Shown piece by piece: positions 47,804-57,368 of a stretch of DNA of 64,000 nucleotides; position 1 is the first letter of the stretch; every line of letters begins with the position of its first letter. A program made the translations under genes and the position numbers. This stretch comes from Candidatus Thorarchaeota archaeon. Its GTDB lineage: Archaea > Asgardarchaeota > Thorarchaeia > Thorarchaeales > Thorarchaeaceae. The notes under the pieces were generated by a model that made no database searches, was not told the origin of the DNA, and was given only the letters and a program-made list of their open reading frames with translations. The DNA is taken from positions 32,001 to 96,000 of the forward strand of contig JBHLRZ010000001.1 in assembly GCA_048882045.1 (NCBI GenBank). Reading direction: 5' to 3'.

Positions 47804-48694
47804 CTAAGCTTCACTCTCGATGCAAAGCAACTGTTCAACTGGCATATCAGGAACATCTATCTCAAAGAATTCAGATAATACTTGGACAAGTATTTTGAGC
47901 AGATCCTCTCTGTAAGCCAAATCAATCGCCACCATTGCATGAGAAGATGACCCCATGACCTTGCTGATCGCTGTTGGATCTAGGGAATTGGGAGTGTCCT
48001 GTTTGTTAGCGAATATGACTATGGGCATCTCAGGATGCTCTTCCAGAATTTCGGAGAAGATTGTCTTTGAAGAGATGATATTCTTCAGGGTGGAGTCAGT
48101 TATTAGGAATATCATGTCTGTCAAAGAAAAGTCCCAGAGTTTACCAGCAGCCTCACGTCCCGCAAAGTCGAAAATCACTATATCGTAGTTTGCGAACTTC
48201 ATGTCCCTAATGACTTCACAATTTACTGCGATTGTTGGAATATGAGTGTCTGGAGGTTCTATTCCCATCAGAAGATGAAGAAGTGAAGTCTTTCCGACTC
48301 CCAGATTTCCTACTAGAGCAATCACGAATTGAGATTGGACAAAACGCGCAATGATTTGTTCATAGTTCTCCTTTACATATTTCATTGTTTGTTTTTCCAT
48401 GATTGAGCGAAGTGAAGTTGCGGCTCGATTTATCTTGCTGATTGTATCATCATCATTGGTGTCGTCATCAACTACAAAGATGATTATTCCTTTGCCACAT
48501 TCTCGACTCACGAATTTGTATTCTCCGATAGTGACTGGCTTGTATTTTAAACGCTCAGATTTCTTGATTAACTTCTCAAGTTGTGACAGATACTGCTTGA
48601 TAATCTTCATCGGAATTGAATCCGCCCAATATTCTGATGATGCAATCTTGCGCCTGTTCTTTGCATTCAGCAAGATTGTGCTATATATCATCAC
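47804..48694 (-). CDS. small GTPase (Arf/Ras-like) with N-terminal longin-like domain
   Basis: GNLGVGKTS, PTI, DFAG and NKQD G motifs; N-terminal ~120 aa with YKF..IIIFVVD pattern. Confidence 0.85.
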   Translation of the reverse strand: MMIYSTILLNAKNRRKIASSEYWADSIPMKIIKQYLSQLEKLIKKSERLKYKPVTIGEYKFVSRECGKGIIIFVVDDDTNDDDTISKINRAATSLRSIMEKQTMKYVKENYEQIIARFVQSQFVIALVGNLGVGKTSLLHLLMGIEPPDTHIPTIAVNCEVIRDMKFANYDIVIFDFAGREAAGKLWDFSLTDMIFLITDSTLKNIISSKTIFSEILEEHPEMPIVIFANKQDTPNSLDPTAISKVMGSSSHAMVAIDLAYREDLLKILVQVLSEFFEIDVPDMPVEQLLCIESEA

Positions 48695-48829
48695 GCGGAA
48701 CCTCCTCTAGGCAGGTATTCTATGAATTTTCTATTCTTAAGCTGTTGTCTTATAGACTGGAATTAAGGGCCACGGAAAACTAGTGATAATGGAAAAGATG
48801 AAAAGGCATGTCAAAGTCAGAGGCATTAA

Positions 48830-48950
48830 GCCGAGGTAGCCAAGCCCGGTTCACGGCGACAGCCTGGAACCAACAGTCGTACGAGCGATTGTCGCTCAGA
48901 CAGCTGTTCTCCAATAGGAGGCATGAGTTCAAATCTCATCCTCGGCGCCA
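48830..48950 (+). tRNA. tRNA-Ser (GGA) with 32-nt intron at 37/38 (48870-48901)
   Basis: GCCGAGG/CCTCGGC acceptor, ACAGC-CTGGAA[intron]A-GCTGT anticodon arm, long variable arm, TTCAAAT T loop, G73 plus CCA; bulge-helix-bulge (CTGG/TCAG). Confidence 0.93.
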
Positions 48951-48952
48951 AC

Positions 48953-50053
48953 TTACTCCTTGTGTTCTATAAATGACATTTCACCAACATAGCTGATGCC
49001 CATCATCTCTTTTACTCGTTCAGGTTCTTTCGTATGACCAAGAACCCATGCAAGCTTCACGAGTGCCGCTTCAGAAGTCATGTCATAGGCACTCATAGCT
49101 CCAACCTCCAATGCAGCTCGTCCAACCTCATAGATGGACAGGTCTGCTTGACCAAATGCACACTGTGAACTGATCATGACGAAACACCCTTGATCAATGG
49201 CTTGGAGGATTCCGCCTGTCAGGGCGTTCTCATCAGTAGGGACATTGCCAGATCCGAATCCCTCAATGATTATCCCATGGTAACCCAAGTCTACAATCCG
49301 CGAAAGAATCTGGGGTGGCATACCCGGGAACACCTTGAGAAGAAACACGCGGTCATCAATACGTGTGTCAAACCGAGGTATTAGACCGTGGTCACGTTTC
49401 TTTCGACCTTCATAGAGGACAATATCACGTGCAAGCAGACCTAGAGGAGAAGGGTCCATTGAATCAAAGGCGTCGTACGAATTTACACGTACCTTCTTGG
49501 CTCGAGTCGATCGATGAATCTCACCATTGAACACTATGCAGGTCTCGCCTAAGTCCCCGAAAGCAGCAACTCGAATAGCGTCTAGTAGATTCCTCGGACC
49601 ATCACTCCATGGTACTGATGCGGGTATCTGAGACCCTGTGAACACAATTGGCCGGCCAAATTCTTGAACCATGAAACTGACTGCTGCTGCTGCGTACGTC
49701 ATTGTGTCGGTCCCATGGGTGATAACGATACCAGTGAGGTCTTGGATCTCTTCATTCACCTCTTTAATGGTGCTCGCTAAATCTTGCCAGTGATGTGGTT
49801 GTGCGTTTGCAGAATCCAGTTGGTAGAGCTCTTTCCAGACGACCTCGATATTGTCCATACCTTTAGGAAGGCGTTCGATGAGCTCCTCGATAGACAGTCC
49901 AGGGCGAAGTGCCCTTGTACCAGAGTCATAGACACTGGAGATTGTTCCTCCTGTAGTGATGATACAGACTTTGACATTATTTTCAGAGCTCAGTTTCACA
50001 CACCTGTGTCCACGAGCTCTTGCTGATTTATCCGTGTTTTGCTTGAGTTTCAA
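48953..50053 (-). CDS. L-asparaginase type I
   Basis: TGGTI, HGTDT, TGSQ and EAALVKL; lacks the GatD N-terminal domain; true start may be downstream. Confidence 0.88.
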   Translation of the reverse strand: MKLKQNTDKSARARGHRCVKLSSENNVKVCIITTGGTISSVYDSGTRALRPGLSIEELIERLPKGMDNIEVVWKELYQLDSANAQPHHWQDLASTIKEVNEEIQDLTGIVITHGTDTMTYAAAAVSFMVQEFGRPIVFTGSQIPASVPWSDGPRNLLDAIRVAAFGDLGETCIVFNGEIHRSTRAKKVRVNSYDAFDSMDPSPLGLLARDIVLYEGRKKRDHGLIPRFDTRIDDRVFLLKVFPGMPPQILSRIVDLGYHGIIIEGFGSGNVPTDENALTGGILQAIDQGCFVMISSQCAFGQADLSIYEVGRAALEVGAMSAYDMTSEAALVKLAWVLGHTKEPERVKEMMGISYVGEMSFIEHKE

Positions 50054-50997
50054 TCGTTCTCTGTAGGTTTGATGACCACAGCAGAACCATCCCGACCAAG
50101 TTGGATTTTCATACCATCGCGAGCAAGTACGGAGTTAGGAAAAACCTTCCTTGCCTCCTCGATGATTTCATTCCCCTCAAAATATCGAGGACTGTAATGA
50201 GTAAGTACGAGAAGATTGGTTCCAGCGTCACGAGCCAACTCTGCAGCATCTGTTGCTGTAGAATGACCTCTCTCGTCTGCAAGATTACTATGTTCGGTGG
50301 TGTACATTGCTTCACTGATCAGGATATCAGCATCAGTGGACGACTCTCGAAGTGCCTCGCAAGGGCGAGTGTCACCAGAGTATACAATCTTAATTGACTT
50401 GGGACCAAGTTCTGTGACCATCTCTGGGGTGACAATGAAACCATTGTCTAGGACAATTGTTTTGCCTGATGCTAGTGATTTCCAAAGTGGACCCTCTGGG
50501 ACACCAAGCTCTTCAGCTTTAAGCGGAAGGAATTTTCCAGTCGGGCGGGACCATATGATTTCGTAGCCAAGTGCATACCCTCGATGCTCTACCTCAAACG
50601 CACGCACTGTCAGGTGTTGTTCTTGGAAGATAACTCCTGGTCCAATCGAGCGGACTTCCGCCTCAAATGTTGTTCCCAGATTGATCGTAGACTGATTGAC
50701 CTTGACGTATTCAATGAGCTCCTCTGGACCAAAGATGAGCAAAGGTTTGATTCTACCAAGCAATGAGAAACGAAAGAGTAAGCCAGGCAGGCCAAGAACA
50801 TGATCTGCATGAACATGACTGATGAAAATGGCCATCTTCTTGTTCAATCCTAGGCTAAGCTTTTCATACTGTCTTTGAACATCCTCGCCAGCATCGAAAA
50901 GTAACACCCACCCTTCATATCGGATTGCAATGGATGGATGATTTCGACCTTTTGTGGGAATCGATCCACCTGTGCCAAGAAAGACAATTTCAATCAT
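50050..50997 (-). CDS. rnz: ribonuclease Z
   Basis: FLGTGGSIPT, HVHADHVLG, exosite GVPEGP, YSGDT and HYSPRY. Confidence 0.95.
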   Translation of the reverse strand: MIEIVFLGTGGSIPTKGRNHPSIAIRYEGWVLLFDAGEDVQRQYEKLSLGLNKKMAIFISHVHADHVLGLPGLLFRFSLLGRIKPLLIFGPEELIEYVKVNQSTINLGTTFEAEVRSIGPGVIFQEQHLTVRAFEVEHRGYALGYEIIWSRPTGKFLPLKAEELGVPEGPLWKSLASGKTIVLDNGFIVTPEMVTELGPKSIKIVYSGDTRPCEALRESSTDADILISEAMYTTEHSNLADERGHSTATDAAELARDAGTNLLVLTHYSPRYFEGNEIIEEARKVFPNSVLARDGMKIQLGRDGSAVVIKPTEND

Positions 50998-51054
50998 CAG
51001 ACAGTCTTGTGAGGTTAGAAACTTGGACAAGATATGACTTGCGACTAATGGCAT

Positions 51055-52467
51055 TCAAGCTAAATCGAGAGGGATGTTCTTCGGAGAAGCCTCCCTTCGA
51101 ACGACACTGTATGTATAAGCATCAAAGAACTTGGAAACATCCCACTTCCATTGGTCCTTTCTCCGATCATACAATGCAGCAACTTTTGATGTACCACCTA
51201 CTCCAGCAGCAACAACATGAGCTGAGTAGTCATGTATCTTTGATGTTTCATCGTTCAGGACATCAATCAGATTCTGTCCTGATCCAGCAGGTAGTGCAGA
51301 AACTAGCAACACTTTCTTTTCGGATGGATCTTCTAAGTTTTGAATCCGAGAGTGATACGTGAGAGGAAGATAATCCCATGCGGGAATAATGTCACCTGAA
51401 CATTCTGGACTGAGCAGACAGATGACGCGGTCACTCAGAGCAGGGATGTTCACTCGAGCGCGAGGCAAAACAATTCCCTTCCTCAAGAGTTGAGTTCGTT
51501 TCCGAAACGCTGTTGAAGATGACAGTTTGGTAGCCTTAACAATGTCCGCAGCTGTCCCCCCATAATTGTCGACCAATGCGTCTATTATCTTCACATCAGC
51601 GTATGTAAATCCATGAGGCTTTGGAGGAATAGCAGGGGCAACATCCGCCAAGACAAGGGGATTGCCTCCTTTCCTCAACATTAGCCGGAAATGGAGAAGG
51701 TCAAGATTCCATCCTCTGTTTGGACTAAAGTAACGACCATTCAACTGCGGTCTTCCTGCGGAGAGCCCCCACACAGACACACTTCCTGTGCTGTTACGGA
51801 AACTCTTGATTGTGTCCAAGAATTCCTGTCGCTTGTCGTGGGGGATTGTTGCCACTACAAGTACTAATGGAGAATATCCATCAATCATCAAGGTCTTCTG
51901 AACATAGGGTCCAGACAGAACTAAAGTTGGGTTTTCGAACATGATTAGAACCCTTTCTAGTCCCAGTTTGTGTGTATTGAGCATCCCGCCAGTTTTCAAG
52001 ACCTCTGAATCATTCAACCGCTTGTACGCACGACGTGTCTGACCATAGGATAGTCTTGCACGTTCAGCAATGACATTCAAGGACTCTCCAGGGTTCTTGA
52101 TTGCAGCCTCAAGATATGGGAGCTCTGTTCTTGAAAGGACAGAGATGTTTTCCTCCCACAGGTCTACAATCAGACTCATGACATCGCGTTGACTGATTAT
52201 CGTTACATCACCAAGCTTGACAACTTCCTCTAGACGACGAGTAAGAAGAAGATAAAGACTGCCTCGATATGAGAGGACTATCTTCCTCAAAAGCTTGAAG
52301 TCTGCATCCTCTGTAAAGACCTCAAGTTGACCTCCCTCTTCAAAAGTCCTGACAAAACGTAAGACAGCCATTGCACTCGGGGATAGTTTCTCCCAGAATT
52401 TTGGAGTGTCGCTATCAGACATTATCGTTTCATCCTGACCATCCTGTACCAAATCTGGCTCAGTCAT
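51055..52467 (-). CDS. large multi-HTH (Lrp/AsnC-like) regulator
   Basis: Two HTHs (SLNVIAERARLSYGQTRRAY; TAADIVKATKLSSSTAFRKR), each followed by an alpha/beta domain. Confidence 0.6.
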   Translation of the reverse strand: MTEPDLVQDGQDETIMSDSDTPKFWEKLSPSAMAVLRFVRTFEEGGQLEVFTEDADFKLLRKIVLSYRGSLYLLLTRRLEEVVKLGDVTIISQRDVMSLIVDLWEENISVLSRTELPYLEAAIKNPGESLNVIAERARLSYGQTRRAYKRLNDSEVLKTGGMLNTHKLGLERVLIMFENPTLVLSGPYVQKTLMIDGYSPLVLVVATIPHDKRQEFLDTIKSFRNSTGSVSVWGLSAGRPQLNGRYFSPNRGWNLDLLHFRLMLRKGGNPLVLADVAPAIPPKPHGFTYADVKIIDALVDNYGGTAADIVKATKLSSSTAFRKRTQLLRKGIVLPRARVNIPALSDRVICLLSPECSGDIIPAWDYLPLTYHSRIQNLEDPSEKKVLLVSALPAGSGQNLIDVLNDETSKIHDYSAHVVAAGVGGTSKVAALYDRRKDQWKWDVSKFFDAYTYSVVRREASPKNIPLDLA

Positions 52468-52552
52468 AATAGTCCCCCACGGACATCGTTCTAAACTTGA
52501 GTAATATTATACTACAGTGTCATCTGGGGAGAATATAAGACCGTAAAGTCTG

Positions 52553-53305
52553 TCAGAGCGGCTTACTGTCAGTCCATAGAGACTCAAAATACGCACGAGC
52601 CATGGATGCAAAGAGGCTGGCACTCGAATAGATGCCAACGAATTCTGTATCGGACTCGCCTCCTGCAAGCATGATCAGAGTCTGCTGTTCATCTACAACC
52701 AAGCCCACACCAAAGACTCTCTCTCTTGTTTTTACTTCAAAGTTCGAAGGTATCAATGGAATTATCGTATCAGGGACATTGGATGTGAGGATGCGTGTGT
52801 GTGATTTGACAGATAGAACATTCTCAGCCACAGTTGTTAGATCCTCCATTTCCAGATCAAGACCAGGAATCGAGAGGAGAACTTCATCTTTCGCTGACTC
52901 AAGCATCTCTACAGCCTTTGAAAGGATCGCTGCACGTCCATGCATCACATAGACATCTCTGGTCGTGACCTTTGTTTCCTGTTCGTATAAGGGTTGGAGC
53001 TCATCGATAACAAGCTGACTTGACTGCTCAAGCTTATGTTCCCAGTCGAGTCGAATAACTCGGACTACCTCAGTCGGAGACTTAGCAACATAGATTGTGG
53101 GGCGACCTCGTTTTACAATTATGAACTGCTTCTCCTCAAGTCGGCCTAAGACATCGTATATCCGGGAATAGGGGACCTTTGACTTGGCTGATATGTCGGA
53201 TGCACCCATCTGTCCCCCTTCCACCAAGGCGAGATACGCCTGGGTTTCATATTCTGTGAGACCTAGCTGTCGGAGAGCCTTTAGGGTAGCATCACTCACT
53301 GACAT
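52553..53305 (-). CDS. TrmB family transcriptional regulator
   Basis: LGLTEYETQAYLAL, VPYSRIYDVL and GRPTIY. Confidence 0.93.
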   Translation of the reverse strand: MSVSDATLKALRQLGLTEYETQAYLALVEGGQMGASDISAKSKVPYSRIYDVLGRLEEKQFIIVKRGRPTIYVAKSPTEVVRVIRLDWEHKLEQSSQLVIDELQPLYEQETKVTTRDVYVMHGRAAILSKAVEMLESAKDEVLLSIPGLDLEMEDLTTVAENVLSVKSHTRILTSNVPDTIIPLIPSNFEVKTRERVFGVGLVVDEQQTLIMLAGGESDTEFVGIYSSASLFASMARAYFESLWTDSKPL

Positions 53306-53458
53306 TGTATTTCCCTGTTTCAGATGTCAGCTTCTGTCTTAAGGCTTATCAGCTTAAGACTGAAATGAGAGTGTTTTTATCTCGCCAAGGAATTTGGAAA
53401 ATCAGGAGGGGCCAGAACAAGTCCTCTATTTTATGAATCAAGGAGAAGGCGTCATCTC

Positions 53459-54478
53459 ATGACTCGAGATAAGAAACTTGCCAAAGACACGCCAGCATCA
53501 AAACTGCTTGAAGATTTTGTTGATTCGGATCTCATTCCAGATGATAGTGCCCACAGAAAAATGAGTGATGATGAATACATTGAGATGATGTTAAGAAAAG
53601 AAGCTGAACGCAAAACTCTGAGAAGTAGGCGTGATAAATCATTATCAGAAGAAACACATATGGAATCAGAGAACGAGGTGATACCAGAAATACCAGAGGG
53701 ATCATGTCCCTCGTGCTATTACTGCACAATAATCAGAAGAATCGGATCAAGTGTATACTGCGTATGTGCAAATCCAAAGCGAACCATTGATGGCATGTAC
53801 TATGACTATCGTATTTGGGTCAAAAGTGAGTTGGACTTGGCTTGTCACCGTGAGCCTCCTTTAAGAGGAGTTCAGAAACTCATCATACAGAAGGTCGAAG
53901 AACAGCATATTCTACTAGAACCAAACATACCTGGTGAAACCAATCCGGAGGAGAAATATACTATTAGTGATGAGTCAGAATCGGTAAACCTCTTTGACGA
54001 CAGATTCGAGCTTGTCGAACGAGTTGATGACACCCCTGATATTGAAGACCCAGACGTCCCAAATCTGAATATACGTCCACCAGAGCGGCCAAAGATGGAT
54101 CTTGAGTCAGAGCTCAGAAATATCGAAACATTATCTCCTGAAGAGATTGCTGAATCTCCTGATGAGAGAGTTGATACTCTGTTTAGAGAAGAAACAATTG
54201 CAGTATACAAACATAGAGCACTTGAAACACTTGAGAAGTATAGAAAAGAAAGACCACTAGACCAGAAGCAGTCTGAGGTCCAACCAATCGTTTCTGAGAA
54301 GATGGCACCGATGAGAAACTGTGAATCTTGCTACTTCTGTGTTAATAACAAACGAATCGGTGGTTCCAGCTGGGTTCATTGCACCAACATTGTAAGATCA
54401 GCTGATTCTGTGACTGCAGCATCATGGGTTAAAAGCAAGCTCAATGCGGCCTGCTGGAAACGACCAGAGTCACTCTGA
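53459..54478 (+). CDS. hypothetical protein with two Cys-rich repeats
   Basis: CPSCYYC..RRIGSS..CAN..WVKS..AC and CESCYFC..KRIGGS..CTN..WVKS..AC around an acidic linker. Confidence 0.75.
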   Translation: MTRDKKLAKDTPASKLLEDFVDSDLIPDDSAHRKMSDDEYIEMMLRKEAERKTLRSRRDKSLSEETHMESENEVIPEIPEGSCPSCYYCTIIRRIGSSVYCVCANPKRTIDGMYYDYRIWVKSELDLACHREPPLRGVQKLIIQKVEEQHILLEPNIPGETNPEEKYTISDESESVNLFDDRFELVERVDDTPDIEDPDVPNLNIRPPERPKMDLESELRNIETLSPEEIAESPDERVDTLFREETIAVYKHRALETLEKYRKERPLDQKQSEVQPIVSEKMAPMRNCESCYFCVNNKRIGGSSWVHCTNIVRSADSVTAASWVKSKLNAACWKRPESL

Positions 54479-55027
54479 ATACCATTTCAAGAATGCCTCA
54501 AATGCTTTTGTCCTATGTGATATTCTAACCTTCTCTTCAAAGGTGAGTTCAGCATATGTCTTTGAGTGCCCCTCTGGTACAAAGATTGGGTCATATCCGA
54601 ATCCACCAATTCCAGCTGCTTCATCAGCAACAGAACCAGACATAATCCCAACAAATGTTTCTAGACACTCACCATCAAAAAATCCCACTGCAGTTTTAAA
54701 AACTGATGCTCGTTTTGTCTTGTCCTTCATCAGCTGCAAAATCCCTGCATATCCTATGTATCTGAGAACCATACCGGCGTATGAACCAGGAAATCCATTG
54801 AGTGCCTCAACGAAGAACCCAGTGTCATCTACAACAACAGGCTTTTTGAGAGATTCAAATGCAGTCTTAGCGGCTGCACGTGCTATCTCCTCAATGTTGT
54901 CCGATCGAATCTCATGCTTCTCAATTGAAGTGGTTTCGAAATCCACATTGTATTTCTTGAAGAGAGGAGTAAGCTCCTTGAGTTTGTGTTTGTTTTGAGT
55001 GACCAGGACTATCTTATCCCTTGACAT
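54470..55027 (-). CDS. rdgB: XTP/dITP diphosphatase (HAM1)
   Basis: TQNKHK, DDTG..ALNGFPG, GFGYDPIF and ISHR. Confidence 0.95.
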   Translation of the reverse strand: MSRDKIVLVTQNKHKLKELTPLFKKYNVDFETTSIEKHEIRSDNIEEIARAAAKTAFESLKKPVVVDDTGFFVEALNGFPGSYAGMVLRYIGYAGILQLMKDKTKRASVFKTAVGFFDGECLETFVGIMSGSVADEAAGIGGFGYDPIFVPEGHSKTYAELTFEEKVRISHRTKAFEAFLKWYSE

Positions 55028-56138
55028 ATTCAAGGATCTCCTTGATTACACTGTAAGATGGTTTGGTCTTCTCAAGATCAAACATGCCTGTCGCGTTCCA
55101 GAGAATGACATGTTCAAGCCCTTCTTTCACCAAGTCTTCAAGGATTCCAATGAGGGTTTCTTTGTCGCCGGACATATAGAACTCATGTAAAACTTCCAGT
55201 GGCACCTTTTCAATAGCGTCTAGTGTGGTCTTTCGATCATATCGCATTGGAACATAGGTAGTTAGACCATGAAAATTATCACCAAAAGGATGTGAGTATC
55301 CTAAACGTACCCAGTCTTTTGCTGAATGCATTAGAGCAAATGCTTTGGCAAGGGGAGTTTTCATCATCCTCTCACATTCCATTGGATCATCATCAATAAT
55401 GCACCATTTCCACAGGGCTGCAGTGAAAGGTCCAGTGCGATTTAGTTTCTTTCTGTAATCCTGAATGATTCTTAGACCCTCTCCGTATTGCTTTGCGCTT
55501 GCGACAGATGGGATCCATCCATCGCCAAATTCAGCGGCAATCTTCAGCATTTTGGGGCCCATGGCGGCTATCCAGATTGGCGGTGGTTTTCCGTCCACGG
55601 CAGGCGTTAGAGACAAGACTGCGTCTTTGAGTTTCCAGTAGCGACCGTCATAGTTGAATGGTTCATGGGTGTTCCAAGCTACTTTGATGATTTCAAGAGC
55701 CTCTCTTAGCTTCCCAACCTGACCAGAGTAGTTAAGGCCATAGGGTTCAATATTCTCAATCTCGCCAGCTCCAATACCAAGTACTGTTCTTCCTCTACTG
55801 ATATGGTCGAGTGTAAGAAAGGTCTGGGCGATAAGGATTGGATGTCGTCTGATTGGTTCAGTAACTGAAGAGATCAGCTGAACATTCTCAGTAACTGCTG
55901 CGCAGGCGCTCATTATGCTAGATAGCTCGTAGTATGTGTGAGGCGATTGTTGAAAGACAGCCAGTGGTGTAATATCAGGGGTCCAGATGCTCTGAGGTAC
56001 AAACCCTGCAAAGTGGTCTGGAAATGCCATACTGTCATACCCTAGAGAGTCTATCGTCTTTGCATTCTTCAGAGCATTGTCCCAGGGTGGGAGGAAGGGA
56101 CCAGGTGCTCCAATCTTCAAGTCATGTATATCAATCAT
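55014..56138 (-). CDS. LLM-class flavin/F420-dependent oxidoreductase
   Basis: PDH, RRHP..AQ..TLDHISRGR..LGIGAGE and PPIWIAAMGPKML. Confidence 0.9.
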   Translation of the reverse strand: MIDIHDLKIGAPGPFLPPWDNALKNAKTIDSLGYDSMAFPDHFAGFVPQSIWTPDITPLAVFQQSPHTYYELSSIMSACAAVTENVQLISSVTEPIRRHPILIAQTFLTLDHISRGRTVLGIGAGEIENIEPYGLNYSGQVGKLREALEIIKVAWNTHEPFNYDGRYWKLKDAVLSLTPAVDGKPPPIWIAAMGPKMLKIAAEFGDGWIPSVASAKQYGEGLRIIQDYRKKLNRTGPFTAALWKWCIIDDDPMECERMMKTPLAKAFALMHSAKDWVRLGYSHPFGDNFHGLTTYVPMRYDRKTTLDAIEKVPLEVLHEFYMSGDKETLIGILEDLVKEGLEHVILWNATGMFDLEKTKPSYSVIKEILEYVKG

Positions 56139-57319
56139 TATTTGCACGTCTCCGCGAAGTGTATGAGGACCTTCTTGACCCTCTCAAAGTCCTCTAAATG
56201 CATGAACTCATCAAGTCCATGATAGTTGTTGTCATCTCGTAGTGTGCCATAGCAGACTGTTGGAATCCCGTGGGATGTGAAATAGTGACCATCATTCCCT
56301 CCGAGGTCCGCTGCGATGGTTATGTTTGGGTCATCAACCTCCTTGACCGCTTCGTGGAATGCAACGACATACTTATTCTTAGGATCAGAACCCCAGCCGG
56401 CATGTTTCGTTTTGAAATCAAGTGTGGCATCAACCCAAGTTTCTTCCTTTGCTTTCTCGAAGAATGCCTCTATGTCATTGGCAACTTCTTCGACATCTTC
56501 CTCTGGGATGGTCCTGCAGTCAAAAGATATCTCAGCTTTTCCAGGGATTGTGTTAGTCTTACTTCCTGCATTATAGACGGTCATTGAGAATCGGCCCCAA
56601 AGGGTCTGGTGCGGGCTGCCAGGTGGTGCTGGTAGTTTGGACTCTACCTTTCTACGTACATCAATATAATCTAGCATGACCTGCATCAGAGGAATAGAGA
56701 GATGGATTGCGTTTGCAAACTTGAACGGATACCCAGCATGCCCCTGTGTGCCTCTAACGGTTATTGTACCTGCAATGACTCCACTTGCACCATTACTAAC
56801 ATATTCGGGTCCAGAGTCAACAACTATTCCAAAATCACCACGGATCTTTGGAGGACCATTCATGAGATAATCAATTCCATTGACCCCTCCAATCTCCTCA
56901 TTTGGGCTAATTAGGATCTTCCAGTTGACCTTTGAGCTACCCTTTTTGATGAGTTCCTTTGCAGAACTGACAGCAGCAACAATGTTCCCTTTATTGTCGC
57001 TGACACCTCGACCGTATGCTTTGTCTTTCTCTAGTGTAAGCTCGAAGGGGGGGTTCTTCCACTCATCCACTTCGCCTGCTGGAACGACATCGTAATGCGT
57101 GCAGAGAAGGACTGTTGTCTTTGCACCTACATCCATGTTAGCAACAATGTTCGGTTGTGGGATTCCATCATGTAATGAATCAAAGACCTCGACTCTGAGA
57201 CCAGCCTCCTCACAGTACTTCTTAATGATTTCAGCGCAGACTGCATAGTTCTTCTTTTCATCACTGTTTGTGTCAAGCTCGACTATTTCTGTGAGAAATT
57301 CAGTTTCCCATTTGTCCAT
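56138..57319 (-). CDS. M20 family metallo-hydrolase (DapE/ArgE-like)
   Basis: HYDVVP, GRGVSDNKG, NEEIGG, GHAG and HGLDE. Confidence 0.92.
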   Translation of the reverse strand: MDKWETEFLTEIVELDTNSDEKKNYAVCAEIIKKYCEEAGLRVEVFDSLHDGIPQPNIVANMDVGAKTTVLLCTHYDVVPAGEVDEWKNPPFELTLEKDKAYGRGVSDNKGNIVAAVSSAKELIKKGSSKVNWKILISPNEEIGGVNGIDYLMNGPPKIRGDFGIVVDSGPEYVSNGASGVIAGTITVRGTQGHAGYPFKFANAIHLSIPLMQVMLDYIDVRRKVESKLPAPPGSPHQTLWGRFSMTVYNAGSKTNTIPGKAEISFDCRTIPEEDVEEVANDIEAFFEKAKEETWVDATLDFKTKHAGWGSDPKNKYVVAFHEAVKEVDDPNITIAADLGGNDGHYFTSHGIPTVCYGTLRDDNNYHGLDEFMHLEDFERVKKVLIHFAETCK

Positions 57320-57368
57320 CTCAATACATCTCCAACGGGGCATGTGTGTAGAGCTTACCTCACTCATA

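Noticed and set aside
48953-50053. GatD amidotransferase subunit
   Set aside because: No GatD N-terminal domain and no adjacent gatE; called L-asparaginase.
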